Below, piece after piece: positions 21,842-31,652 of a stretch of 64,000 nt of DNA. The stretch comes from Spirochaetota bacterium (GTDB taxonomy: Bacteria > Spirochaetota > UBA4802 > JAFGDQ01). Where the stretch lies: NCBI GenBank assembly GCA_043803405.1, contig JAZDKB010000010.1, positions 80,686 to 144,685 of the forward strand, read 5' to 3'. The notes beneath the pieces are model-generated. The model did not search any database. It had not been told where the DNA came from and saw nothing but the letters and a program-made list of their open reading frames with translations. Positions within the stretch are counted from its first letter, which is position 1; the number at the start of each line of letters is the position of its first letter. The translations under genes and the position numbers were made by a program.

Positions 21842-23308
21842 TTAAATAATTTTAAATGAATTGTGGGTTATCTCGGCTATAAGTTTTGTCTTTAATATTT
21901 TTAAATTGTCGGACAAGCTCACTTTGTAAGTATGCGGATTTAAAAGGCGCCTGTAAGTTTTGTCGAGCGAGTTTATTTCGCTTTGTCTGAATTCTTTTAT
22001 GCCGGATAATTCAGCGTGCGCATTAATTCTTTTCCCCTTCTCAATCACTTTGGAAAGCAAAGGCGCGGCGCGGTCATAATTCGTCAGCACAAATCCCTCA
22101 TATTCTGCAGCAGGATGATTAAACCTGACAGGCTCTTTTTTTTCTATCATGTTTTGCAGGCTTTCTTCCTCTTCTTCAAGATACATAAGATCGCACAGCA
22201 TGTTTCCGTTTTTATAGAACCGCATTATGTTTTTAACTCCAGGATTGGTTATTTTCTCGGACTGGTTGGATATTTTTAAGCACGGTTTCATTTTTCCGCC
22301 GATATTCCTAGCGATTATTTTGTAAACTCCCGAAAGCGCAGGATCGTCCCAGCCTGTAACAAGCCTTGTGCCCACCCCCCATGCGTCAACAGGAGCGTTG
22401 TTCGACTTTATCTGCTTTATTACCCACTCGTCTATGTCGCTCGATACGAATATCTTTACATCCTGCAATCCTGCAGCATCGAACATCTTTCTGGCTTCAT
22501 AGCTTAAATATTCAAGGTCGCCGCTGTCCAGGCGCACAGCCATAAGCGAAGGATTTTTCTTTTTAAGCTCATTAAAAACTGTGATCGCGTTCGGGATGCC
22601 GGACTTGAGAGTGTTGAAAGTGTCGACAAGCAAAACGCAACTTTCAGGATATATTTCAGCATATTTTTGAAATGCTTCGAGCTCGGTTTCAGTGTTCATT
22701 ACCCAGCTGTGCGCCATTGTGCCGCTGACCGGCATATTGAAAAGCCTGCCTGCCAGAGTATTTGATGTAGCGTACACGCCCCCAATAAATGCTGCGCGCG
22801 AAGCTGAGATAGCGCCGTCTACTCCCTGCGCCCTTCTGAGCCCGAACTCAAGTACAGGCTTGTCTCCTGCTATATCGACAATACGCGCAGTTTTGGTGGC
22901 AACAAGAGACTGGAAATTGATATAATTCAGCAAAAGGCTTTCAATAATCTGTATTTCCATAAGATTGCCGGAAACCCGGACAAGCGGTTCAAGCGGAAAA
23001 ACTATGTTGCCTTCCCTTACGCTGAAAATATCGCCTTTAAATGAAAATCCGGCCAGGTAGTTTATGAATTCTTTTTTAAATATCCCCTGCTTTTCCAGAT
23101 ATTGCAAGTCCTCATCGCTGAATTTTAACTTTTCAATTTCGTCCAGAAGCGGATCAAGTCCGGCAAAAACAGTGTACCCGCCTTTAAAAGGCTGATGCCT
23201 GAAAAACATTTCAAATACGCCGTCTTCATCTGGGAACTGGTAAAAGTATCCCTGCATCATCGTTAACTCGTAATAATCGGTCAATAAAGCCAGATTTTTA
23301 TTTGTCAT
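21842..23308 (-). CDS. pncB: Nicotinate phosphoribosyltransferase
   Basis: TDYYELTM, EFGLRRAQG, GTMAHSW, RLDSGDL and GVGTRL. Confidence 0.95.
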   Translation of the reverse strand: MTNKNLALLTDYYELTMMQGYFYQFPDEDGVFEMFFRHQPFKGGYTVFAGLDPLLDEIEKLKFSDEDLQYLEKQGIFKKEFINYLAGFSFKGDIFSVREGNIVFPLEPLVRVSGNLMEIQIIESLLLNYINFQSLVATKTARIVDIAGDKPVLEFGLRRAQGVDGAISASRAAFIGGVYATSNTLAGRLFNMPVSGTMAHSWVMNTETELEAFQKYAEIYPESCVLLVDTFNTLKSGIPNAITVFNELKKKNPSLMAVRLDSGDLEYLSYEARKMFDAAGLQDVKIFVSSDIDEWVIKQIKSNNAPVDAWGVGTRLVTGWDDPALSGVYKIIARNIGGKMKPCLKISNQSEKITNPGVKNIMRFYKNGNMLCDLMYLEEEEESLQNMIEKKEPVRFNHPAAEYEGFVLTNYDRAAPLLSKVIEKGKRINAHAELSGIKEFRQSEINSLDKTYRRLLNPHTYKVSLSDNLKILKTKLIAEITHNSFKII

Positions 23309-23361
23309 TTTTCCGCCATAGAATTGATAAAAGCTATTTCAATATTAGGTTTTGCATTCGC

Positions 23362-23488
23362 TTAATTGGAATACATAACAAAATTTTTGAGGACGCCTTT
23401 CAGGCCTGAAGCAAAAACCTTAAAAAATTTGAAAAATTTTCATTGAAGGCCTGATTCCGCAGAAAATTTTGTTATGTATTTCAATTAA
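23362..23488. mobile_element. MITE-like 127-bp element with 26-bp terminal inverted repeats
   Basis: TTAATTGGAATACATAACAAAATTTT ... AAAATTTTGTTATGTATTTCAATTAA (25/26 match), plus an internal TCAGGCCT/AGGCCTGA pair. Confidence 0.55.
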
Positions 23489-23550
23489 AAAAATATCCTT
23501 AAAATCACACATTTCAAACGTGAAAGTGTATTAGTAGTTTATAAAAAATA

Positions 23551-24174
23551 TCATAAGTCACTGGCCTTTAGAATTTTAATTCCCATAGCTTTCATGTTTT
23601 TCACGCATTTATCGATGTTCCCTGCAGGAACATCGATTCCTTTGCATGCATCAATTATCACGCTTGTTGAAAAACCGTACTTTGCAGAATCCCTTGCAGA
23701 AAAGTTAACGCAGTAATCGGTAGCAAGCCCGCAAAGAAAAACGTCCCTCACGTTAAGAGCGTTCAGATATCCATGAAGACCTGTTTCAGTCTCTTTGTCA
23801 TTCTCAAGAAAAGCAGAGTACGAATCGATATCAGGATCGGCACCCTTGCGCAAAATAAGATCGAATTTGACGCTGTCGAGATCTTTGTGAAAATCAGCTC
23901 CGCGCGTTCCCTGTACGCAATGATCCGGCCATAGAGTCTGCCGCACCCCGTTAATCTCCATCTGATCGTAAATATTTTTTCCTTTGTGATTCGAAGCGAA
24001 AGACACATGTTTTTGCGGGTGCCAGTCCTGAGTTCCTGTTATAATACCAAATTTATGTATAATAGAGTTAATGACAGGCACAACCCTGTCTCCGTCATTT
24101 ACTGGAAGCGCCCCGCCAGGGCAAAAATCGTTCTGGACATCAATTACAATGAGGGCTTTTTTATTTCTTTTCAT
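23551..24174 (-). CDS. pncA: Nicotinamidase/pyrazinamidase
   Basis: DVQNDFCPGG, DWHP, WPDHC, KG...DSYSAF and GLATDYCV. Confidence 0.95.
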   Translation of the reverse strand: MKRNKKALIVIDVQNDFCPGGALPVNDGDRVVPVINSIIHKFGIITGTQDWHPQKHVSFASNHKGKNIYDQMEINGVRQTLWPDHCVQGTRGADFHKDLDSVKFDLILRKGADPDIDSYSAFLENDKETETGLHGYLNALNVRDVFLCGLATDYCVNFSARDSAKYGFSTSVIIDACKGIDVPAGNIDKCVKNMKAMGIKILKASDL

Positions 24175-24241
24175 AAAGACACCTCTTTCAGGGAATCAAT
24201 GAAGTCTAATATTTATTTTTATTAAAGTCAAAAAGAAATTT

Positions 24242-25591
24242 TTATTTTCCAATGCAGAATCTGCTGAATATGGATTCGAGAATATTATCCTGGGAAATTT
24301 CTCCTGTAATTTCGGAAAGGCAGTCAATCAAATCCTGAAGTTCAAATGCGATAATTTCGTGCGGTCCTTCTTGCAGTAACAAATTCCGGATGTCATCAAT
24401 GATAAGCAGAGCTCTTTGAAGAATATCTATTACGCGCATATCTGCAACAAATGAATTCTCATGATCAATAAATTCGTTTTTCAGAATATTGCTTAGCGCA
24501 TTTTCGAGTTCCGGAAGTCCTTTCCCGGATTTTGCAGAAAACGGAATCACTGCACCAAATTGACTAATGCTGTTCACGGCAGCTTCATCCGCAACGTCGA
24601 TTTTATTGGCAAGGACAATATGTTTTTTGTTCTTAATGCTGTTAAATATTTCCATATCCTGTTTGGTGATTTCCGAGTTTGCCTCAATCACGAAAATAAT
24701 GACAGGAGACGATTCGATCTTTTTACGGCTCAGCTCAATGCCCATGCGCTCAACATGCGAGTCTGTTTCAGTGATGCCTGCTGTATCGATTAAGTGTACC
24801 GGCATTCCTGCAAACTGGACTATCTCGCCTATGAGGTCGCGCGTTGTACCCGGAATATCGGAAACAATTGCCCTTTCCCTGTTAAGTATAAGGTTAAGTA
24901 TGCTCGATTTCCCAACATTCGGCCTGCCGATAATTGGAACATCAATCCCGTGCGATATCTTCTCGCCTATCCTGCATCTGGTGTGCAGATCGGCAATGTA
25001 CACCTTAATTTTATCAAGCTCTCTCAGCGCTTCCTGAAAAGAAACCAACTCGATGTCTTCTTCGCTAAAATCGATCCCTGCTTCTATGTCAGCTTTTAAT
25101 TTAATGATGCGTTCTCTGAGTTCATTGACGATATCTCGAAGCGCTCCATGCATTTCTTTTACTGCGGAAGACACTTCCCAGCTGCTCCTGGCAGTGATAA
25201 TATGATTGATTGCCTCAGCTTCGGTTAAGTCGATCTTGCCGTTTAAAAACGCACGTTTGCTGAATTCGCCCGGCTCAGCAAGCCTTACGCCCAGCCCGTT
25301 AAACAACATTATTATTTTGCGGACAATTATTGGATTTCCGTGGCATGATATCTCGGCCATGTCTTCGCCTGTAAAGCTGCCGGGAGCCTCGTAACATGTC
25401 ATAACAACATCGTCGATGAGTTCATCATTACAGACAATTGCGCCGAAGACGGCATATCGGTGTTTAATTTTATCCGGGCGGTTAAAGACAGATTTAACGG
25501 CCCTGAAAGTATCAGGACCGCTAATTCTTATAATGGATAAAGGCGAGTTTAAAGCAGGCGTTGCAGAAGCGCAGATCGTATCTTCCTGCAT
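24242..25591 (-). CDS. mnmE: tRNA modification GTPase MnmE
   Basis: SFTGED, GRPNVGKSS, GTTRD, DTAG, NKID and a terminal FCIGK. Confidence 0.97.
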   Translation of the reverse strand: MQEDTICASATPALNSPLSIIRISGPDTFRAVKSVFNRPDKIKHRYAVFGAIVCNDELIDDVVMTCYEAPGSFTGEDMAEISCHGNPIIVRKIIMLFNGLGVRLAEPGEFSKRAFLNGKIDLTEAEAINHIITARSSWEVSSAVKEMHGALRDIVNELRERIIKLKADIEAGIDFSEEDIELVSFQEALRELDKIKVYIADLHTRCRIGEKISHGIDVPIIGRPNVGKSSILNLILNRERAIVSDIPGTTRDLIGEIVQFAGMPVHLIDTAGITETDSHVERMGIELSRKKIESSPVIIFVIEANSEITKQDMEIFNSIKNKKHIVLANKIDVADEAAVNSISQFGAVIPFSAKSGKGLPELENALSNILKNEFIDHENSFVADMRVIDILQRALLIIDDIRNLLLQEGPHEIIAFELQDLIDCLSEITGEISQDNILESIFSRFCIGK

Positions 25592-25594
25592 TTA

Positions 25595-26236
25595 TTACCT
25601 TCTGGAGCTTGGAGACACCTTCACTTTTCTGTAAATTCCTTCTCCTTCGCTTTTAGTTGATACGCGCGAATCGTTCTGCAAAGTCAAATGAATAAGCCTT
25701 CTTTCAAAGGGATTCATCGGCTCCAGAGTCCACGGCTTTCCGGTTCTTATAACCTTATGCGCGATATCTTTGGAAAGCCTTCTTAAGGCTTTCTCCCTTT
25801 TTTCCCTGTACGATTCAATATTAAGAATGATCTTTTTACTGGTTTCTGTTTTATTTGCAATAATCAGGTTCAGTAGAAACTGCAAAGCTTCCAGGGTTTT
25901 ACCCTGCTTACCTATAATTAGCCCGGATTGCGGGCTGTCCAGTTCAATGTAAATTCTGTTCGATCCTTCCTTAATATCTTTTATTTTAACTTCAAGTCCC
26001 ATCTTATCAATAATGCTGATTAATATTTCTCTTGCCGAACTTATTATATCCGAATCCGTATCGCTGTAATAAACCCTTATCTTTGCCTGCCTTGATACGC
26101 CGAATCCGAATATTCCGCTCTTGCCTTCATCAATGACCTCTATCTTTATTTCGGAGGCGTCATTAATTCCCAGTTCCGCTAAGGCCTTTTTCGTAGCATC
26201 GTCAATCGTTCTTCCTTCAACCTCTAAAATATTCAT
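25595..26236 (-). CDS. jag: RNA-binding protein Jag/EloR (KH + R3H)
   Basis: Jag N-domain, IIGKQGKTLEALQ and MNPFERRLIH. Confidence 0.95.
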   Translation of the reverse strand: MNILEVEGRTIDDATKKALAELGINDASEIKIEVIDEGKSGIFGFGVSRQAKIRVYYSDTDSDIISSAREILISIIDKMGLEVKIKDIKEGSNRIYIELDSPQSGLIIGKQGKTLEALQFLLNLIIANKTETSKKIILNIESYREKREKALRRLSKDIAHKVIRTGKPWTLEPMNPFERRLIHLTLQNDSRVSTKSEGEGIYRKVKVSPSSRR

Positions 26237-26455
26237 GTAAAACCTCCTCGTTATAAATATTAATATATAACGTTATCTTTTATTATATTAACCGCCGATA
26301 AACCGATGCGCATGGATTTTCAGATATGAATAACATGGAATGATCCTTTAATAATTCTTGAAATAATTGATAAATATTCCATGCGACTTTTTATCTGCGG
26401 CTGAATAATTGCATTTAAATTAGTTATAACCTCCTTAATAATTATTATATATTCT

Positions 26456-28093
26456 CTATTGAGTTTGTTGAACCGGTTTTCTGTTGCTGTATAATTGATG
26501 AAGTATCTGCATCGTATTCTGTAATGTCCAGTATAGAACAAGTCCGGACGGCATATTCCAGAATATCACAATGAACACAAGCGGCATAAGCATCATCATC
26601 TTTTGCTGCTGGCCGCTGCCCGCACTCGGCATCATTTTTTGCTGAATAAACGAAGTTGCTGTCATCAGGATAGGCAGAATATTTAAATTATAACCGAAAA
26701 CCTGGGCTACAGTGTCCGGCATTGAAAGGTCCTTTATCCAGAAGATGAAAGGAGCCTGCCACAAATCTATCGAGTTAATGAGCGCGCTCCAGAGAGCGAA
26801 AAAGAACGGCATCTGGAGGATCAAAGGAAGACATCCTCCCATCGGATTAACCTTGTTGACCTTGTACATCTTCATCATTTCCTTATTAAGGAGTTCAGGC
26901 TTGCCTTTATATTTTTCTTTCAGTTCAGCCATTTTAGGGCTAAGTGCCTGCATTTTTTTCATGGAGTCCGTTGATTTTATCGTCAGCGGCAGCAGAACAA
27001 TCTTGCTTAAAATGGAAAACACTACAAGCGACCAGCCGAAGTTTCCGAACAGAAGATTTATCTTCATAAGGCACCATAGCAAAAAGTCCCTGATCGGCTC
27101 AATCCACTTGCTTACATCCGCTGCGTCTTTTAAGCTTATATCAACAGCGGCAAGTTTATCCTTTTCTTTTTCTCCTGCATAAATCTTAAAGGATTTCGAT
27201 AATTTTCCGCCCGGCTCCAGGTTTTTCGCATTAACATAGATTCCCGGCCTGTAACCTGTATGTTCCCTTGTGTCGCAAATAATACCGGTTCCGCTGAAAT
27301 TTTCCGGCAGCATAATTAAAAGAAAATACCGGCTCATTAAGCCTGCCCATTTAATATCCCCGCTTTCAGTTTTAAAGCTTTCGCCTTTTGAAAAAAATCC
27401 GCCGCCTTTTTCAACTTTATTAAAATCGCCGTTATTATAATAAATAGGATTAAGTTTGTTGTATGTGCTTTCAAAATCCATATCAGGCCCAAGAAAATCG
27501 CCGGGTGAAATTATTATTTGGCCGTTAGGGAACGATAAAGCCTTATTGCCGTAATTAACTATGTTATAATCCAGTTTAAAATAATCATTTTCTTTATAGA
27601 ATGTGTATATTTTTTCAAGCAGGATGGGTTTCCCGTTTAATAATAAATTAGTGGAGAACTTAATTACATTTTCCGAAATCTTTCTGTGATCCCATATAAC
27701 GTTATCAAGCGGGTTTTCATGCATAAATTCTTCTTTGCTGAAGTATACGGAAAAATCGAATACACCCTTTGCCTTGAACTTATTTTTTGGAACAACAAGC
27801 TCTACGTTTCTTCCTTTGTATTTAAAGCTTTTAATTACGCCGCCCCTGTTTGAAAGAGTAACAGAATATTTATCCGTAACCGTATCTATTAAGGTTTCAT
27901 TATTTGCATTCTGATTTACTACTTTTATTTCGCTTAATGTGTCTTTAGCCTGTTTTTCGACTGTCTGTTTTTGAGTTGCGCTTTCTTTCGTTTCCTGTAC
28001 GGTCGGTGTCGGAGCCGGAGCAAAAAACTTCATCCAGACAAACCATACTCCGATTGAAAGTAAAACTGCCAAGATCATTTTTTTAACGTCCAT
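26456..28093 (-). CDS. yidC: Membrane protein insertase YidC
   Basis: NPMGGCLPLILQMP, WIKDLS and PSGLVLYW. Confidence 0.96.
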   Translation of the reverse strand: MDVKKMILAVLLSIGVWFVWMKFFAPAPTPTVQETKESATQKQTVEKQAKDTLSEIKVVNQNANNETLIDTVTDKYSVTLSNRGGVIKSFKYKGRNVELVVPKNKFKAKGVFDFSVYFSKEEFMHENPLDNVIWDHRKISENVIKFSTNLLLNGKPILLEKIYTFYKENDYFKLDYNIVNYGNKALSFPNGQIIISPGDFLGPDMDFESTYNKLNPIYYNNGDFNKVEKGGGFFSKGESFKTESGDIKWAGLMSRYFLLIMLPENFSGTGIICDTREHTGYRPGIYVNAKNLEPGGKLSKSFKIYAGEKEKDKLAAVDISLKDAADVSKWIEPIRDFLLWCLMKINLLFGNFGWSLVVFSILSKIVLLPLTIKSTDSMKKMQALSPKMAELKEKYKGKPELLNKEMMKMYKVNKVNPMGGCLPLILQMPFFFALWSALINSIDLWQAPFIFWIKDLSMPDTVAQVFGYNLNILPILMTATSFIQQKMMPSAGSGQQQKMMMLMPLVFIVIFWNMPSGLVLYWTLQNTMQILHQLYSNRKPVQQTQ

Positions 28094-28277
28094 TGTTCTT
28101 TCCTTGAATAATATTAATTTTAAATGAATTCTGTATAAAAATGTATCCTATGAAAAATAATTTTAATAATTAAAAATTCTCCTGTTTTACAGAATATATA
28201 CAGTCCAAATAATAACTGATTTAGCAAGATAATAGCAAAGAAGTGAAAAGATACAATCTTGAGGCTGCATCAGCAGG

Positions 28278-28508
28278 TCAGGGTAGGTCGTACCCTCCGT
28301 CACAAAACGGATGACACCGCATAATTCGTTTAAAAGATAAAAATAAACCTTTTAAAAGTCCATGTTTCTTTAGCGCTAATATGGCATAAGAAGAACATGA
28401 AGGATAAAATCTGCAGGAAGAAGGTAAATATGGAGATAAGAATATTTTATATATTTTAATAGTGCCGATTAAAAGCAATGTAGCTGAATAATTAATTATT
28501 TTTAACAT
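28278..28508 (-). CDS. yidD: Membrane protein insertion efficiency factor
   Basis: CRFYPSCSSY and RCHPFCDGGYD. Confidence 0.95.
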   Translation of the reverse strand: MLKIINYSATLLLIGTIKIYKIFLSPYLPSSCRFYPSCSSYAILALKKHGLLKGLFLSFKRIMRCHPFCDGGYDLP

Positions 28509-28882
28509 AAAGTACTAATGATCCCGGCCCTTTTAAATATATACTTAATAACTTTTATTAATTCTTCAAATCTTAGATTTTTAAAATTTTCCAGAGGCCG
28601 AATTATTATATAAAAATTGCTTTCTACTCCCTGAAGTAATTCATCGCACGCAGCCCTTATTCGTCTTTTAGCCAGGTTCCTTTTAACTGAATTTCCGTAT
28701 TTTCTCTGAATTTGTATTCCCACTTTTATGTGATTTAAAGGAGTATCATTATTATTTAAAAAATCTTTTTTATTAATAACATAATAAACGATTACTTGTA
28801 ATTCTCTCTCGTAAAACCTTTTTCCTTTTTTTATAACCTCCCGAAATACCTTTTTCCCTTTTAAAGATTGATATCTTTTCAC
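28502..28882 (-). CDS. rnpA: Ribonuclease P protein component
   Basis: KYGNSVKRNLAKRRIR motif and conserved synteny. Confidence 0.92.
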   Translation of the reverse strand: MKRYQSLKGKKVFREVIKKGKRFYERELQVIVYYVINKKDFLNNNDTPLNHIKVGIQIQRKYGNSVKRNLAKRRIRAACDELLQGVESNFYIIIRPLENFKNLRFEELIKVIKYIFKRAGIISTLC

Positions 28883-28886
28883 AAGA

Positions 28887-29042
28887 TTATATCTTTACTT
28901 TGTCATCTGAGACTGTTAATCTATATCTTCCTTTTCTCCTTCTTCTTTTTAAAACTTCTCTGCCTTCCGGGGTACTCATTCTTGCCAGGAAACCATGTCT
29001 CCTGTTTTTCTTGATGTTGCTCGGTTGAAATGTCCTTTTCAT
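28887..29042 (-). CDS. rpmH: 50S ribosomal protein L34
   Basis: Not in the ORF track. Manual translation gives [51 protein letters not shown]. Confidence 0.97.
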   Translation of the reverse strand: MKRTFQPSNIKKNRRHGFLARMSTPEGREVLKRRRRKGRYRLTVSDDKVKI

Positions 29043-29273
29043 CTGCTTATCCTTTTATATAATATATATCTAAAAACAATATTTTCTAATTAATATAGTT
29101 AATGAAATTATAATTTTTAAAAAAAATGCCATATTTTAAATTAATTTAAAGGGCTTACTAGTAAAATAGACATGGCATTTATTGTCAATACTATTTTTTA
29201 ATAAAAATGTTGTCTTAGAGGCGTCCAGGGATATTTATTTAAGTTTTAATAATAAAATATTTTTCCTGGTCTT

Positions 29274-30044
29274 TTACAGTATAAAGAGCCAGAAAACTAT
29301 TGATAGAATGATCCTGTATATCCCGAATGAAATAAAAGTGTGACTTTCGATAAATTTGAGCAGCCATTTAACGCTGAGAAATGCGAAGATAAAAGAAAGG
29401 ACAAATCCGGTCGAAAGAACGGATATTTGATCCATGGAGAAGTCGCCTGCGTTTTTATAAAGATCCAGGCAGGTAGCTGCAAGCATGGTTGGTACGGCGA
29501 GCAGGAAAGAAAATTCAACAATAGTTTTTCTTTTTATGCCAAGCATTAATCCGCCAATAATTGTGGCTGCGGAACGTGAAACTCCGGGAATCATTGCAAT
29601 AGATTGAAAGATGCCTATAATAACTGCTTTGCCGTAAGGGATACTGGCAAGATCGTCAACTGAATCATCTTTCTCTTTATGAAGCAGCTCAAATACAATA
29701 AGGGCAATTCCGCCCAGGAACAAACTCCAGAGTATAAGCGTTGTATTGGTTAAAAGATAACGCTTTACTATCTTATAAAAAATAAGCCCCAGAATTCCGG
29801 TGGGGATAAAAGCCGCCGCTACGCGGGCAAATATTCTACGATCGACCAGCAGTTTGCGCCAGTATATGGCTACTATTGAAAGTATAGCTGCAAACTGAAT
29901 AGTAATTTCGAAGGTTTTCATAAACTCAGTCTGCTGGACTTTCAGCACTTCAGCTGTAAGTACAAGGTGACCGGTGGATGAAATAGGAAGAAATTCAGTA
30001 ATGCCTTCCACTATTGCCATTATTAGCGTCTGGAACAGGTTCAT
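29274..30044 (-). CDS. uppP: Undecaprenyl-diphosphate phosphatase
   Basis: EGITEFLPISSTGH and PGVSRSAATI. Start placed at MNLFQ. Confidence 0.93.
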   Translation of the reverse strand: MNLFQTLIMAIVEGITEFLPISSTGHLVLTAEVLKVQQTEFMKTFEITIQFAAILSIVAIYWRKLLVDRRIFARVAAAFIPTGILGLIFYKIVKRYLLTNTTLILWSLFLGGIALIVFELLHKEKDDSVDDLASIPYGKAVIIGIFQSIAMIPGVSRSAATIIGGLMLGIKRKTIVEFSFLLAVPTMLAATCLDLYKNAGDFSMDQISVLSTGFVLSFIFAFLSVKWLLKFIESHTFISFGIYRIILSIVFWLFIL

Positions 30045-30260
30045 GTGAAACAATATTTCTTTAATGCTGCAGGTTGTCAAAACTTTTTAGTATATGATGA
30101 AGTAAAATAGTAGAACTCATCTTAACAATAACCTGTGCTTTGCTCCTCAGGTTTCGGATATTTATTTAAAGAAGATTCGCTCTTTTATATATCTTACTTG
30201 ATTTTTAATTGAATTTTTTAAACCGGATATTAGTTTATAGCAAATTTAGCCGGGGGTTAT

Positions 30261-31652
30261 ATGCAGGGATTACATGATATTATTATATGGCTGAACGGAT
30301 ATTTATGGGGCCCGCCGATGCTCATCATTCTATTCGGCATTCATATTTTTCTGACTATAAGGCTGCGTTTTATCCAGCGCTACATCCCGCTTGCAATAAA
30401 ATTATCATTTAAAAGGGAAAAAGAAGGAAGCGGCGACATAAGCCAGTTCGGGGCATTGACTACTGCGCTTGCCGCGACCATTGGGACAGGGAATATTGTG
30501 GGAGTTGCTACTGCCGTTGCCCTGGGCGGTCCCGGCGCTGTTCTCTGGTGCTGGCTTACGGGCGTGTTCGGGATTGCGACAAAATACGGCGAGGCTGTGC
30601 TTGCTGTCAAATACAGGGAAAAAACCTCTGACGGCACAATGCTTGGAGGTCCCATGTATGCACTTGCAAAAGGCCTTAACGCGAAATGGCTTGCCGTACT
30701 GTTCTGCATATTCACCGCGATTGCTGCTTTTGGAATAGGCAACATGGTACAGGCTAATTCTATTGCGGTAATGGTAAATGAAACATTCAATATATCGCCG
30801 TATATTACAGGCACTTTGATGACTGTTACAGTGGCTGTAGTAATTCTGGGCGGCATACGTTCTATCGCATCAGTATGCGAAAAGCTGGTGCCATTCATGG
30901 CTTTATTCTATATTATCGGGTGCGGGATAATACTCGTTATAAACGTATCCGTGCTGCCGCAAACAATTGCGCTTATTGTGAAATCCGCGTTTACTCCCCA
31001 GGCAGCCGGTGGCGGTTTTGTCGGCGCCTCAGTAATGATGGCTGCGAGATTCGGCATTGCGCGCGGGCTTTTCTCGAACGAGTCTGGCCTCGGATCTGCG
31101 CCAATAGTGGCAGCAGCAGCGCAAACCAGGAATCCGGTACGGCAGGCGCTTGTATCCTCAACCGGGACTTTCTGGGACACGGTTATAGTATGCGCAATGA
31201 CAGGGCTTGTTATTGTAAGCGAGGTCATTCTTTCTCCATCGGAACTTGGAGGGCTTACAGGGGCAGCTCTTACAAAAGGCGCTTTTTCCAGGATACCTGT
31301 CATAGGGCCAATTGTGCTAACAGGCGGCCTGCTTACTTTCGTTTTCTCCACAATACTCGGCTGGTCGTATTACGGAGAACGCGCTGTAGAGTACCTTGCA
31401 GGCAAAGGAGGCATAAAGCCTTACCGTGTCCTGTGGGTAATCGCGGTCTTTATAGGCTCGGTCGCAACGCTCCCGCTCGTGTGGGATTTTGCGGATGCAA
31501 TGAATGCGCTAATGGCCTTACCCAACATTATTTCTCTGATCCTTCTAAGCGGTATTATTGTTAAAGAGACAAGGAAGTATTTATGGAACGGTAATATTGA
31601 AACAGGTTATGAGTCAGGTTCTTATATGGAAATAGTTCCTGAAGAAGATTAA
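30261..31652 (+). CDS. Sodium:alanine/glycine symporter (AGCS family)
   Basis: ATIGTGNIVGVA, GGPGAVLW and RGLFSNESGLGSAP. Confidence 0.95.
   Translation: MQGLHDIIIWLNGYLWGPPMLIILFGIHIFLTIRLRFIQRYIPLAIKLSFKREKEGSGDISQFGALTTALAATIGTGNIVGVATAVALGGPGAVLWCWLTGVFGIATKYGEAVLAVKYREKTSDGTMLGGPMYALAKGLNAKWLAVLFCIFTAIAAFGIGNMVQANSIAVMVNETFNISPYITGTLMTVTVAVVILGGIRSIASVCEKLVPFMALFYIIGCGIILVINVSVLPQTIALIVKSAFTPQAAGGGFVGASVMMAARFGIARGLFSNESGLGSAPIVAAAAQTRNPVRQALVSSTGTFWDTVIVCAMTGLVIVSEVILSPSELGGLTGAALTKGAFSRIPVIGPIVLTGGLLTFVFSTILGWSYYGERAVEYLAGKGGIKPYRVLWVIAVFIGSVATLPLVWDFADAMNALMALPNIISLILLSGIIVKETRKYLWNGNIETGYESGSYMEIVPEED

Noticed and set aside
26320..26541. Small gene between yidC and jag
   Set aside because: It overlaps yidC out of frame, and the nearby AAGGAGG has no suitably spaced start codon.
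29043..29273. Replication origin upstream of rpmH
   Set aside because: AT-rich, but no DnaA boxes were seen and dnaA is absent.
30120..30260. Glycine riboswitch upstream of the alanine/glycine symporter
   Set aside because: Only a CTCAGG fragment is present. The GGAGA and CCGAAG elements and the stems could not be found.
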